DNA of 64,000 nucleotides from Thiotrichales bacterium (GCA_016938655.1 JAFGUG010000067.1:18247-82246); one strand, 5' to 3'; counted from the first letter of the stretch, positions 46,405-57,308 are shown. The notes: a model not told the origin generated them from the letters alone. Translations and numbers: made by a program.

Positions 46405-47691
46405 ATGCAGCAACCAGAACTCGAATTTATTAATAGCTTGAGACAATCTTCTCGATACATCGAACAGCATCGTGGCAAAACCTTTGTTATCTATGTTCCA
46501 GGTGAAACGCTTCAGCGTGATGACACCCGTAAACAGTTAACAGAAGACATTGGCTTATTGCATAACATGGGTATCAAAATTGTGCTCGTTATGGGCGCAG
46601 GTCCCCAACTTGAAGCCGCCTTAGAAGCCAATCAATTAACCTGGCAAATGCATCTCCAAATTCGCGTTACGACACCGGAAATACTGCCTGTATTTCAACA
46701 AACCATTGCACTTGTTCGTAACCAGTTAGAGGCTAACTTTAGTAAAGCAACCTGCACCCAATCAAAACCGATTACCATTACCTCTGGCAACTGGATTATT
46801 GCGCAACCTAAAGGCGTGGTTGAGGGCGTAGACTTTCAACACACCGGCAAACTCAGAAAAGTCAATCACCGTGCAATATCCGACAATCTTAATGCCGGAC
46901 AGATTTGTCTACTCACCCCCATAGCCTATTCGTTAACGGGTGAACTTTTCAACCTAAATACGTTTGAACAGGCCTGCGAAGTTGCTTCTGCTATTCAGGC
47001 AGATAAATTAATGGTCTTTACCAGTGAAGAAGAGACCGTAGGTTTACCAAAACAACTGAGCATACCTAAACTCAAAGTTGCCCTAGAAAACAGCCAATCC
47101 ATAGAGCAAAAACGATTTTTAGCACAAATATTGAGTACCAGCGGCCACGTCAAACGCATTCACTTAATGGATAAACATGAAACCAGCGCCATATTGGTTG
47201 AACTGTTTACTCGTGACGGCAGTGGCACGCTCATTTTCAGTGATCGATACCACCAAGTTCGTCAGGCTAAAATTGAAGATGTAGGTGGAATTATTGATCT
47301 CATTTCACCACTTGAAGAACAAGCTGTACTCGTTAAACGGTCTAGAGAAAGGCTGGAGCTAGAAATTGAAAACTTCATTATATTAGAACGTGACCAACAC
47401 ATAATCGGTTGCGCCGCACTCTATCCGCATGATGGTGGTTTTGGCGAGTTGGCCTGTCTAGCGGTTCATGCGGATTACCAGGGCCAAGAGTTAGGGCATG
47501 AGTTACTTGATGCCATTGAAACGACGGCTGTGCATACCCACATTAACAAACTGTTTTTACTCACCACGCACACGCACCATTGGTTTATTGAACACGGATT
47601 TCATGTCAGTCAACTGAATGAACTCCCAGAAGCCAAACAAGCCATGTATAATTTTCAACGAAATTCAAAAGTGCTGATAAAAGCGATCTAA
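46405..47691 (+). CDS. argA: Amino-acid N-acetyltransferase (N-acetylglutamate synthase)
   Basis: [11 protein letters not shown] kinase-like domain, [14 protein letters not shown] domain ending YNFQRNSKV. Confidence 0.95.
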   Translation: MQQPELEFINSLRQSSRYIEQHRGKTFVIYVPGETLQRDDTRKQLTEDIGLLHNMGIKIVLVMGAGPQLEAALEANQLTWQMHLQIRVTTPEILPVFQQTIALVRNQLEANFSKATCTQSKPITITSGNWIIAQPKGVVEGVDFQHTGKLRKVNHRAISDNLNAGQICLLTPIAYSLTGELFNLNTFEQACEVASAIQADKLMVFTSEEETVGLPKQLSIPKLKVALENSQSIEQKRFLAQILSTSGHVKRIHLMDKHETSAILVELFTRDGSGTLIFSDRYHQVRQAKIEDVGGIIDLISPLEEQAVLVKRSRERLELEIENFIILERDQHIIGCAALYPHDGGFGELACLAVHADYQGQELGHELLDAIETTAVHTHINKLFLLTTHTHHWFIEHGFHVSQLNELPEAKQAMYNFQRNSKVLIKAI

Positions 47692-47798
47692 GCCGGCTAT
47701 TACCGCAAACAGTTTATAGCCTAAAACGATTTTCACTCACCCAACCAAAAACTGGCTTAACAGCCCAAACGCTGACATCTAGTTGGCTAAAGAAGAAC

Positions 47799-48416
47799 AT
47801 GTCAAAAGTAACTGAAATTAAAGACCGATTCCGTGGATTTCTTCCCGTTGTTGTGGATGTTGAAACCGCCGGGTTCAACGCCGACAAGGATGCACTCATC
47901 GAAATGGCCGTTGTCACCCTAAAAATGAACGAAGATGGCGAACTTGAACGCGACCAGACCTTTGAAAAAAACATTCTGCCATTTGAAGGCGCCAACCTAG
48001 AACCCAGTGCCTTAAAATTTATTGGCATCGAAGACCCCTTTCACCCTTTTCGTGGCGCCATCAAAGAGCGTTCGGCATTGGAACAGTTATTTGCTCCAAT
48101 CAACCAACAAATTAAGGCCACGGGTTGCACGCGTGCCATTTTAGTTGGGCATAACGCTTTTTTTGATTTAGGGTTTGTAAAAGCCGCGGCGGAACGTTGT
48201 AAAGTAAAATCCCCCTTTCACGAATTCAGCACCTTCGACACAGTCTCTTTAGCCGGCTTAGCATATGGACAAACCGTACTAGCCAAAGCCGCAGTCAAAG
48301 CGGGCATGCACTGGGATAGCGAACGTGCGCATTCGGCCGCTTATGATACTGAAAAGACCGCCGAGCTGTTTTGCAAAATTGTCAATCAATGGCCAATTGA
48401 ATACAGCGAATCGTAA
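47799..48416 (+). CDS. rnt: Ribonuclease T
   Basis: [25 protein letters not shown] and AHSAAYD motifs. Confidence 0.97.
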   Translation: MSKVTEIKDRFRGFLPVVVDVETAGFNADKDALIEMAVVTLKMNEDGELERDQTFEKNILPFEGANLEPSALKFIGIEDPFHPFRGAIKERSALEQLFAPINQQIKATGCTRAILVGHNAFFDLGFVKAAAERCKVKSPFHEFSTFDTVSLAGLAYGQTVLAKAAVKAGMHWDSERAHSAAYDTEKTAELFCKIVNQWPIEYSES

Positions 48417-48495
48417 GCTCAAAACTCAAATAAAAGTTAGCAGGCCTGCTGACTTTTTTATTAAATTCAACCTTTAAGCACGTTTCTCGAGACAT

Positions 48496-48531
48496 AAAAA
48501 AACCTCGGATGAAGGAATCAAATCCGAGGTT
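48496..48531 (-). terminator. Terminator after grxD
   Basis: AAAAAAACCTCGGAT...ATCCGAGGTT. Confidence 0.8.
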
Positions 48532-48587
48532 ATTCGTTATAAAACAGACATTAAATCGAAGCGATTAAGTCCTGTTTTATTGAACGC

Positions 48588-48935
48588 CTATTGGGCTTCT
48601 TTCTTAGCGTTTGCCGCTGCCATCATGGTTTTTAACTCACCCGACTCGGCAAGTTCTAACGTAATATCACAGCCACCTTGTAGTTCACCATCAATGTACA
48701 ATTGCGGGAACGTCGGCCAGTCTTGATACTTTGGAAGATGCTCAAAAATGGTCGCATCTGCAAGTATATTTACAAACGCAAACTTCTCACCGGTTTCTGC
48801 TAGTGCTTGCGCCGCACGACTAGAAAAACCACAAGATGGCATCTGAGGCGTTCCTTTCATGTACAACACAACTGGGTTATTGGTTACTTGGTCATTAATA
48901 CGTGCTAATGTTTCTTGTTCAACTGAATCCGACAT
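48588..48935 (-). CDS. grxD: Monothiol glutaredoxin Grx4
   Basis: MKGTPQMPSCGFS, WPTFPQL and GGCD motifs. Confidence 0.97.
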   Translation of the reverse strand: MSDSVEQETLARINDQVTNNPVVLYMKGTPQMPSCGFSSRAAQALAETGEKFAFVNILADATIFEHLPKYQDWPTFPQLYIDGELQGGCDITLELAESGELKTMMAAANAKKEAQ

Positions 48936-48964
48936 CGTTAATCCTTGTTTAAATCTTAAAATTA

Positions 48965-48989
48965 ATTTCCGACTATTTTACTTGGTTAA
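48965..48989. promoter_or_regulatory. Putative IscR type-1 site upstream of grxD
   Basis: ATTTCCGACTATTTTACTTGGTTAA matches 19/25 positions of the type-1 consensus. Confidence 0.5.
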
Positions 48990-49052
48990 AGAATAAATGT
49001 ATAGATTTTATTTTGCAAGCATAGATTCTATTAATCCCGACTAAGCAAAGCT

Positions 49053-50885
49053 TTATACCCGAGCGATGGTTTTATCAACGTGCATCTGCAACCAAAATTC
49101 CAACAATGCCGCGTGCCATAATTTGCTGCCTTGAATCGCCGTAAAAGCCTCTGGCGCTTCAGGGTTAGCCAACAAACGTTCTAACGCTTGTTCATTAAAA
49201 ATACCGCGTGCTTTTGCTTCAGGGGACGTTAAAATTTCTTTCATAAACTCAAAAAAACTACCGCGTACATACTTTAAAGCGGGCATCGGAAAGGCAACTT
49301 TAGGGCGATCAATAATGGCATCTGGCACCAAACCACGCGCTATCTTTTTAAGAATGTATTTACCATCATCTTTAAGCTTTAACTCAGTCGGTGCAGACAT
49401 GGTCAATTCAACCAAATCATGATCCAAAAACGGCACACGCGCTTCCAATCCCCAAGCCATGGTCATATTGTCCACCCGTTTAACGGGATCATCCACAATC
49501 AAGGTTGTCACATCCAAACGCAAAACTTGGTCTAAAAAGGTATCGGCTCCCGGCTCGGTTAAACGGTCACCAATGTAATCCGATGTGACATCTCTCACAT
49601 GATATTTTGGGTTAATTACTTCTAACCATTCCGCATGCGTTCGGTCAAAGTAGAAGGGTCTAAACGAATCAAGCGCTGCTTGATGATTGGTTAAATCAAT
49701 CTCTTTGCCCGCCTCGGCCATTTTGGAATACCAAGAGTAACCTGCAAATACCTCATCTGCACCTTGCCCAGACATCACGACTTTGACATCCTGTGCCACT
49801 TGCTCCGAAAGCAAGTAAAAGGCAATCGCATCCTGCCCAACCATTGGTTCAGCCATCGCCGCCACCGATTCGTGCAATCTTGGCAGCACATCGTCATTTG
49901 AAATTAAATACTGTTTATGATCGGTATTAAATCGCTCTGCCACCAAATCTGAAAACTCAAACTCACTGCCTTTCTCTTCTGGCGCATCTTCAAAACCAAT
50001 TGAGAACGTTTTGATGTTTTCAACACCCGCTTCATGTAATAAGCCGACAATTAAACTCGAGTCCAACCCACCCGACAACAGCACACCAACGGGCACATCG
50101 GCCGCCGTTAAGCGTTTATGTACGGCAGATTTAAGGGATTCGTGAATCGCATCTAACCAGGCCTGCTCAGTTTGTGGCGCGTTTTTTTCGACCTTTAAAT
50201 CAGGACGTTTTGCCTCTAAAAACCAAAAACGCTTTTTAAACATTTGCCCATCTGGGTTCACAATCATCCAGTGCCCAGGTTCAAGTTTACGAACCCCTTT
50301 AAGAATAGTGTGGGGGGCAGGAATCACGGCATGCAAGGTCAATTGATGATGCAAACCCACTGGATCAATCGAGGTGTCAATATCATCGCCCGTTAACAAC
50401 GCTTGGGTGTTGGAGGCAAAACGCACGCCGCCGTTTACAGGTGAGTAATAAAGTGGCTTTATGCCCATACGATCACGTGCCATTAACAGTTGCTGCGTAT
50501 CATCATCCCAAATGGCAAAGGCAAACATACCTTCAAAACGATTAACGCACTCCATGCCCCATTGACGGTACGCTTTTAAAATGACCTCGGTATCCGAGTG
50601 CGAAACAAACACTTGCCCCAAGGCTTCCAGTTCTAACTTTAAAGCTTGATAGTTATAGATACAGCCATTAAAAACCAAACTTAACTCGTGGTCGCGCATC
50701 GGCTGATGACCGCCATCGGTTAAGTCAATAATAGACAAGCGACGATGCCCCAAGCCAATATGGTCTTGTACCCAAGTACCGCCATCGTCCGGTCCACGCT
50801 TCTCTAACTCAGCCAACATGGGTTTAAGTCGGGTTTCACTGGCCAGTTGACCATCCCAATAAATTTCACCGCAAATTCCGCACAT
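49053..50885 (-). CDS. AsnB-family glutamine amidotransferase (N-acetylglutaminylglutamine amidotransferase-like)
   Basis: N-terminal MCGICG, RGPD, HRRLSIID, LSGGLDSS, SGQGADE and VDDPVKRVDNMTMAWGLEARVPF motifs. Confidence 0.88.
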   Translation of the reverse strand: MCGICGEIYWDGQLASETRLKPMLAELEKRGPDDGGTWVQDHIGLGHRRLSIIDLTDGGHQPMRDHELSLVFNGCIYNYQALKLELEALGQVFVSHSDTEVILKAYRQWGMECVNRFEGMFAFAIWDDDTQQLLMARDRMGIKPLYYSPVNGGVRFASNTQALLTGDDIDTSIDPVGLHHQLTLHAVIPAPHTILKGVRKLEPGHWMIVNPDGQMFKKRFWFLEAKRPDLKVEKNAPQTEQAWLDAIHESLKSAVHKRLTAADVPVGVLLSGGLDSSLIVGLLHEAGVENIKTFSIGFEDAPEEKGSEFEFSDLVAERFNTDHKQYLISNDDVLPRLHESVAAMAEPMVGQDAIAFYLLSEQVAQDVKVVMSGQGADEVFAGYSWYSKMAEAGKEIDLTNHQAALDSFRPFYFDRTHAEWLEVINPKYHVRDVTSDYIGDRLTEPGADTFLDQVLRLDVTTLIVDDPVKRVDNMTMAWGLEARVPFLDHDLVELTMSAPTELKLKDDGKYILKKIARGLVPDAIIDRPKVAFPMPALKYVRGSFFEFMKEILTSPEAKARGIFNEQALERLLANPEAPEAFTAIQGSKLWHAALLEFWLQMHVDKTIARV

Positions 50886-51119
50886 AATCGTTTAACATCC
50901 ATCGTTCAATTTGCCACATTGTATCAAGAATCCATTCGTTAAAGTGTCACTGACTTTACCGTCCTCGGCTAAGTATGGTAATTTAACTTATGCAAATATT
51001 GACGATTACTTATGATACCTAACAAAATTCTAGGGTAAAAAGGGTTATTTTTTATTGTTGCCCAGACACACATTTGATAACCTTAAACAGCACTAAAAAA
51101 TTCAACGGAGTTAATCATA

Positions 51120-52013
51120 ATGCGTCAGCTTAAAAAAGCAATTAAAGCCCTTTCTTACGGGGTTGGCTTAACACTTTTAAGCTTACTTCTTAACCCAGTT
51201 TTTGCTGAAACCGTTACCCATAAAATTGAACCTCTCAATTTGACCGCACAAGCGCAATATGTTGAAGGCGATCCTAACAAGCCTGCTATATTGATTGTTC
51301 ATGGGTTTTTAACCACCAATCAATTTCATACCGTTGCCTCAATGGCTCAAGGTTTTCAAGAGGAAGGGTACTCGGTCTTAACCCCAACCTTGACCCTAGG
51401 CATCAACGCCAGAAAGCAGTCGGTTAAGTGTAACTCCATCCATACCCATACCCTTGAAGATGACATCACTGAAATTGAAGAGTGGATTAAATGGCTTGAG
51501 ATGCAGGGAAAAAAAGAGATCGTCGTTGTTGGTCACTCTAGCGGAAGCCAAGAAATACTTTCTATGCTGCATAACAAACCACAACCCAGTGTGAAACTGG
51601 CTATTTTTACCAGCCTCTTTTATCTGAATGGACCAGAACTGGGTACCATTCAAAAAGACTTAGATTATGCTAAAGAAGCCTTAGCGAACAACAATCTTCG
51701 ACCACATAAATACAGTTTTTTATTTTGCAAAAATGATTACTACGCTACGCCTCAAAGCTTCTTGTCTTATCACAAGCTAACCCGTGAATATGTATTGCAA
51801 GAACTTAAAAAGTTATCCATACCGCACTACACCATTATGGGGCAAGCGGATAAACGTTACCAAAGCGTCGGTTTAAACTGGCTCGACGAACTTAAAGAAA
51901 CAGGCACAAATCTTGTCGTTATTGAAGGTGCAAACCACTTCTTTTCAAGTGAGTATGAATTTGATATGCAAGAAACCCTATTAAAAATTCTTCAAAAATA
52001 CGCCTCAAACTAA
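51120..52013 (+). CDS. Secreted alpha/beta hydrolase
   Basis: Signal peptide (...VFA), HGF oxyanion motif, GHSSG nucleophile elbow, GQAD, GANHFF. Confidence 0.85.
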   Translation: MRQLKKAIKALSYGVGLTLLSLLLNPVFAETVTHKIEPLNLTAQAQYVEGDPNKPAILIVHGFLTTNQFHTVASMAQGFQEEGYSVLTPTLTLGINARKQSVKCNSIHTHTLEDDITEIEEWIKWLEMQGKKEIVVVGHSSGSQEILSMLHNKPQPSVKLAIFTSLFYLNGPELGTIQKDLDYAKEALANNNLRPHKYSFLFCKNDYYATPQSFLSYHKLTREYVLQELKKLSIPHYTIMGQADKRYQSVGLNWLDELKETGTNLVVIEGANHFFSSEYEFDMQETLLKILQKYASN

Positions 52014-52025
52014 ATCGGTATTTAT

Positions 52026-54281
52026 GTGCTAAAAAATATAAAGTTCACCCAACCAATCCAATTTTATTTTGGGCTGTTTTTAAGCTTGGGGATTACTTCA
52101 CTCACTATAATGACGTGGTCTTTTTACAGTGAAGGTCGCCACATACAAGAGACGGTTGAACAGCAGGCCTACCAAACCGCAAAACAAGAACTGGCAGATG
52201 CCATTAAACATACGCTAGAAGTCACTCAAAGTGAACTGCTTGCCATTAGTGACTGGGATGAAGTTCACCAGCAATTCCATGATCCAAGTTACTACTTTTA
52301 CTGGCACGACGAACGCCTTAAAGAGAGCAGTTATTACCGAGACTATTACGACGCACTCGAGCTCTATAAGAAAAACCAAACGCTTCTTACTCCCTCGTCG
52401 CCAAATAAACAACGAGCGTTTAGTCATGAAACCATGGCAAACACCATCAATCGAATAGATCCGCATGTGGCCATGACACCGGATAATCATCCTCATTTGA
52501 TTGCGTATCAAGCAATCATTGAGCGCGGTTCGAATGAGCACTTAGGCTACGTCGGTGTCTCTCTTGACCTTAAAACCGCGCTTCTCAAACAAAATCAATT
52601 CTACTACCTAGATAAAACTAGCATCGATTTCTCAGGCAACCAACTTGTAAGCATCGAAGAACTGATGTCTTTTGCCAAATTTAAACCCATTTCAAACCCA
52701 ATTAACCCATACTTGTGGGAGCTAATAGAGCGTTTTATTGTTGAGATGATCATTATTCTTGGCTTGGTTTCACTGGTTTTATTATTTATTTTTAACCAAC
52801 TGATACGCCAACCCTTATTGGTACTTTCAAACTACCTGCAAACGTTAAAAGCCTCACCACACAATCAACCAGAACCGCCAAAACAAGCCTTTTTAATCAA
52901 AGAGTACGAAGAGTTAAAGAGCGCTATCCATCAATACAACTCAAAGTTACAGCTGGCACACATTGAGTTAGATCAACAAAACATTATGGTTTGGGAGCAA
53001 GCCAGACGCGACGCATTAACGAATGTTTATAACCGACGAGCGTTTGATGAGACTTGGTCAGATGTCATCCGCTCTTTTAAAGAGAACAGCATTCCCACCG
53101 CCTTTATTCTGTTTGACTGCGATTTCTTCAAAGCGTTGAACGACACTTATGGCCATGAGGTGGGGGATGAGGTGATTCGTTTATCGGCCAAAAGCATCCA
53201 ACAATCCTTACCGATGGAGTGCCCACCCTACCGCATTGGTGGCGATGAGTTTGCGGTCATCATTCAACACCACTCGATGCCTGAGATATATAAAATTTGT
53301 GAACATACCCTAGAGGAGCTAAAAAAGGTCTCTTTTATCAGCCTTGGTGTTAAAGAAAACCTCTCTTTTAGTGTTGGTATCAGCAGCATTGCCATGACCA
53401 AAGAGGACTGTATAACCCGTCTGCCGCGGCAAGCGGATATTGCGATGTACAAAGCGAAACAATCTCATCACACCAAAATCCAGGCCTACAACCAATTGCT
53501 TGAAGACCAATCCAGTGTGCTTGTTTCAAATGAGGTTATCAATACTGTCGTCAATAGCATTCATACCGGCGAAAATATTCAGATGCACTACCAGCCTATT
53601 GTCTCAATTGATAACGACCGTTGCTATTTTGAGGCGCTCATTCGCATACAGGGTGAGCACGGTCTCATTTATCCCGGTGAAATATTTTCATTGGTTGAGC
53701 GACGTCGACTTGAGGTAGAGCTGGATCAACAAGTCATCAAAGCCACCTTAAAAACCATTCAGGCGAATGTGTTGCCTGAAAACACCGGACTGTCCATTAA
53801 CATTTCAGGTAAAACCTTAATTCAACTAGGACTCATTGAGCTATTTGACCCGTTCGTAGATTGGTTAGGTAAATACAAAATCGTTATCGAAGTCACCGAA
53901 AATATCTTGATTGACCACATTGATTACGCGCAAAAAACACTCAATCAACTGCGCAGTAAAGGCTTTTTAATTGCGTTAGATGACTTTGGCAGCGGCTACT
54001 CGTCAATTCGTTATTTAGCGCACATGCCAGTCGACATTATTAAATTTGATATCACGATGACAAAAGCCTTAAACGCAGACGAAAAAACCCAACAAATTAT
54101 TCTCACCACCGCTCAAATGGTTCGTACGGCAGGGTTTGATTTGGTTATGGAAGGCATTGAAACTGCTGAGATGTTTGAACAGGCCAAAGCCGCAGGTGCC
54201 ACCCACCTTCAGGGGTATCTATTGGGCAAACCCAACGCAGAGATTAAACCACCCACCAGCGGTTGCTGTGGTTACCAATAA
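52026..54281 (+). CDS. Membrane-bound diguanylate cyclase/phosphodiesterase (periplasmic sensor, GGDEF, EAL)
   Basis: Two TM helices, DALTNVYNRR, RIGGDEF, FEALIR, IEVTE and LDDFGSGYSS motifs. Confidence 0.93.
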   Translation: MLKNIKFTQPIQFYFGLFLSLGITSLTIMTWSFYSEGRHIQETVEQQAYQTAKQELADAIKHTLEVTQSELLAISDWDEVHQQFHDPSYYFYWHDERLKESSYYRDYYDALELYKKNQTLLTPSSPNKQRAFSHETMANTINRIDPHVAMTPDNHPHLIAYQAIIERGSNEHLGYVGVSLDLKTALLKQNQFYYLDKTSIDFSGNQLVSIEELMSFAKFKPISNPINPYLWELIERFIVEMIIILGLVSLVLLFIFNQLIRQPLLVLSNYLQTLKASPHNQPEPPKQAFLIKEYEELKSAIHQYNSKLQLAHIELDQQNIMVWEQARRDALTNVYNRRAFDETWSDVIRSFKENSIPTAFILFDCDFFKALNDTYGHEVGDEVIRLSAKSIQQSLPMECPPYRIGGDEFAVIIQHHSMPEIYKICEHTLEELKKVSFISLGVKENLSFSVGISSIAMTKEDCITRLPRQADIAMYKAKQSHHTKIQAYNQLLEDQSSVLVSNEVINTVVNSIHTGENIQMHYQPIVSIDNDRCYFEALIRIQGEHGLIYPGEIFSLVERRRLEVELDQQVIKATLKTIQANVLPENTGLSINISGKTLIQLGLIELFDPFVDWLGKYKIVIEVTENILIDHIDYAQKTLNQLRSKGFLIALDDFGSGYSSIRYLAHMPVDIIKFDITMTKALNADEKTQQIILTTAQMVRTAGFDLVMEGIETAEMFEQAKAAGATHLQGYLLGKPNAEIKPPTSGCCGYQ

Positions 54282-54288
54282 ACGCTCT

Positions 54289-54948
54289 ATGAACATCGCC
54301 AAAGTTCAGCCCTTAAACCGTATAAAAACGGTTGGATTGACCGGTGGAATCGGCTCTGGTAAGAGCTTGGTTTGCAAGTTGTTTGCTGAGCATGGCATCC
54401 CTATCATTGACACTGACCAGATTGCGCGTGAGGTGGTGCAACCCAACTCCTTGGGATTGCAAGCCATTGCCAAGCAACTTGGTTGCGAATTCATTACCGA
54501 TTCCGGCGAGCTCAATCGCAGTGCACTGCGCCAAGCCATCTTTACCGATCCGATAAAAAAACAGACGTTAGAATCGATTCTCCACCCCTTGATTCGCCAA
54601 TCGATGCTGCAACAGATTACCGTTTTAAAACAGTCCCCTAATCCAAGCTTTGCCTTTATCGTTGTTGCCATTCCCCTTCTTGTTGAAGGCATCAAAGACA
54701 ACCAAAAGCCGGATTATTTGGATGAAATCTGGGTGGTCGATTGTTCACAAGATCAACAATTAGAACGGGCTGCATCACGTGACCAACAAAAACGGGAACA
54801 AATTGAAGCCATCATTCGCCAACAAGCCACTCGTGAAGAACGTTTGCATTGGGCAGACAGGGTCATTTCAAACCAAGCAGGCCTGCCAGAACTTGAGCAG
54901 CAGATTAAACAAATTCTCATCACGTTTAACCCACAGCACACAGCTTAA
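54289..54948 (+). CDS. coaE: Dephospho-CoA kinase
   Basis: GLTGGIGSGKS, IDTDQIAR and LESILHP motifs. Start set at ATG 54289 to avoid the long overlap with the upstream gene. Confidence 0.95.
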   Translation: MNIAKVQPLNRIKTVGLTGGIGSGKSLVCKLFAEHGIPIIDTDQIAREVVQPNSLGLQAIAKQLGCEFITDSGELNRSALRQAIFTDPIKKQTLESILHPLIRQSMLQQITVLKQSPNPSFAFIVVAIPLLVEGIKDNQKPDYLDEIWVVDCSQDQQLERAASRDQQKREQIEAIIRQQATREERLHWADRVISNQAGLPELEQQIKQILITFNPQHTA

Positions 54949-55018
54949 AACTTAATATTAATCCCAACTTAAAAAACTCAACAGGCCTGCTGAAATTTAC
55001 CCCCCTCTTTTTTAAAAA

Positions 55019-55984
55019 CTATTTCTCCGCTTCTGGCCAAACACCCTTGGTCACCATAATTCCTTGTGCGCCGCATTTAACCGCTTCATCCACATCGTTT
55101 AATTGCATTCCCCCTAACCCATAAACAGGTACTGGAATGTCCGCAATCCATTCCTTTAAACCTTGCCAGCCTAAAGGGGTCATATCGGGATGTGCAGAGG
55201 TGTATTTAACCGGGGAAATAACAATCAACTCTGCCCCAAGCTGCAAGGCATGCTCAATTTGTTGAGGCGTATGGACTGAAATGGCTAACAGCTTATCTTG
55301 ACTGATTGGGCGCTCAGTATAAGTTTGCGCCTGCCCAGAAGATAACTGAATCCCAGCTGCATTCGGAACACGCGCCAAAACATCGGGCGTCGTATTTAAC
55401 ATCAACTTAGCGCCTTTGGCACTCGCCAACTCGGCTAACGAATTGGCTAATGTTACAAACGCCCTATCCTCTAGCCCTTTAGATTTAAACTGTGCTAACC
55501 GCACCCCCCTTAATAAAGCCTGTTGAAATTGAGTTAAGCAGGCCTGCTGACTTTTAAATGAACCAATACTCATATAGATATTCGGTAGATTCAAAGCCTG
55601 TAAGATGCCCTTATTGGCCTCTGGAAAGTGTTTATCTGCTAAGTCTTCAATCGCACACCACTCTACCAGCTGACCTTCCAGACCCCGTGGTTCGCCCTCA
55701 AATTGGTCGGTTTGAAAGACATGCAAGCGTACCGATACTTTTTCATAGTGCCACGGCACCACAATCAACGGTTGCCATTCAAGGGTTTTGACACCTAACT
55801 CTTCTTTAAACTCACGGGTTAAAGCTTGCTGCGGGGTCTCATCCTGCTCAATTTTACCGCCCGGAAACTCCCAATGGTTGGCTAAGTGCTGATGCGATTG
55901 ACGCAAACTCAAACATATAGTGTTGTTGCGTCTTAACAGACCAATCGCGACCTCCACCCATTTTGGACTCTTCAACTCTGACAT
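55019..55984 (-). CDS. mutT: MutT Nudix hydrolase fused to a thiamine-phosphate-synthase-like domain
   Basis: WEFPGGKIEQDETPQQALTREFKEELG Nudix box; C-terminal SPVKYTSAHP...PVYGLGG. Confidence 0.9.
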   Translation of the reverse strand: MSELKSPKWVEVAIGLLRRNNTICLSLRQSHQHLANHWEFPGGKIEQDETPQQALTREFKEELGVKTLEWQPLIVVPWHYEKVSVRLHVFQTDQFEGEPRGLEGQLVEWCAIEDLADKHFPEANKGILQALNLPNIYMSIGSFKSQQACLTQFQQALLRGVRLAQFKSKGLEDRAFVTLANSLAELASAKGAKLMLNTTPDVLARVPNAAGIQLSSGQAQTYTERPISQDKLLAISVHTPQQIEHALQLGAELIVISPVKYTSAHPDMTPLGWQGLKEWIADIPVPVYGLGGMQLNDVDEAVKCGAQGIMVTKGVWPEAEK

Positions 55985-56107
55985 GATTTCGATCCACCTT
56001 TTGATAGTTAGCAGGCCTGCTGACTTTTAAAATTGCTACGGATTATTTTATCGATTGCCCAGAGCATATTGTAAAATAGTGTTTTGCATTTTAATGAGAC
56101 TTTGGAT

Positions 56108-57175
56108 ATGAGCCAGTTTTGGAGCCCGATTGTTCACACCTTGACCCCTTACGTGCCGGGCGAGCAGCCAAAAGTGGCCAATCTAATCAAGCTGAACACC
56201 AATGAAAACCCTTATCCGCCTTCGCCAAAGGCGTTAGAGGCGATTGCGGCGGCCAATAACGACAGATTAAAGCTGTATCCTGACCCGAGTTCCGATAAGC
56301 TTAAACAGACCCTAGCCAACTACCATCACTTAACCGCAGACCAAGTGTTTGTTGGTAATGGTTCAGACGAAGTCCTAGCGCACGCCTTTCAAGCCTTACT
56401 AAAGCATGACAAACCTTTGCTGTTTCCAGACATCAGTTACAGTTTCTACCCAGTGTATTGTGGACTTTATGACATCGATTATCAGTTAATCCCATTAACC
56501 GATACCTTCGAAATTAACATCGATGATTATCAACAGCCGTGTGGTGCGATTATCTTCCCAAATCCAAATGCACCAACCGGACGTTTATTAGCCTTGGAGT
56601 CGGTTGAAGCCCTACTAAAAATGCACCCTGATACGGTGGTGTTGGTGGATGAAGCGTACATTGATTTTGGTGGCCAATCGGCTTGTGTATTAATAAATCA
56701 ATACCCCAACTTATTGGTGACACAAACCCTTTCAAAATCACGCTCATTAGCGGGGATTCGGGTTGGGTTCGCGCTGGGTCAAGCGCATTTAATTGAAGCG
56801 CTAGAACGCGTTAAAAATAGCTTTAACTCCTACCCCATCGATAGTTTAGCGATGCCGGCAGCGATTGCGGCCTTTGAAGATCAATCGTATTTTGAAGAGA
56901 CTTGCCAAAAAATTATCGATTCGCGTAATCACGTTACCGCCACTATGGAAGCCTTGGGGTTTAATGTGCTTCCGTCGGCAGCCAACTTTATCTTTGCAAC
57001 ACACGCAACCTTAGACGCCGCTGACATCGTGCAGCAACTTCGAGACGAGGCGATTATTGTGCGCTATTTTAACAAGCCAAGAATCAATCAATTTTTGCGC
57101 ATTACCATTGGTAATGACTACGAAAACAATCGACTATGTGAAGAGCTGACTAAGATTGTCCATCGTTCTAAATAA
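56108..57175 (+). CDS. hisC: Histidinol-phosphate aminotransferase
   Basis: [29 protein letters not shown] and [14 protein letters not shown] motifs. Start set at ATG 56108. Confidence 0.95.
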   Translation: MSQFWSPIVHTLTPYVPGEQPKVANLIKLNTNENPYPPSPKALEAIAAANNDRLKLYPDPSSDKLKQTLANYHHLTADQVFVGNGSDEVLAHAFQALLKHDKPLLFPDISYSFYPVYCGLYDIDYQLIPLTDTFEINIDDYQQPCGAIIFPNPNAPTGRLLALESVEALLKMHPDTVVLVDEAYIDFGGQSACVLINQYPNLLVTQTLSKSRSLAGIRVGFALGQAHLIEALERVKNSFNSYPIDSLAMPAAIAAFEDQSYFEETCQKIIDSRNHVTATMEALGFNVLPSAANFIFATHATLDAADIVQQLRDEAIIVRYFNKPRINQFLRITIGNDYENNRLCEELTKIVHRSK

Positions 57176-57234
57176 CGTTTAATAACCACTATTTAAAAGT
57201 GAGCAGGCCTGCTCACGTTTAAAACTGCACAGAC

Positions 57235-57264
57235 AAAAAAGGGATTCAATTGAATCCCTTTTTT
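57235..57264. terminator. Bidirectional terminator between hisC and argJ
   Basis: Perfect palindrome AAAAAAGGGATTCAATTGAATCCCTTTTTT. Confidence 0.88.
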
Positions 57265-57308
57265 ATTTAGACCTACCTTAAAAAGATTAAAAAGGCTGGA
57301 GAATCGAG

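Noticed and set aside
54136-54288. N-terminal extension of CoaE in the ORF track
   Set aside because: It overlaps the EAL domain of the upstream gene; ATG 54289 gives a normal-length CoaE. The extensions on katG, ilvB, argJ, hisC and soxX were trimmed similarly.
55019-55984. MutT-ThiE-like fusion as a novelty
   Set aside because: This is a common fusion near secA-argJ in many proteobacteria.
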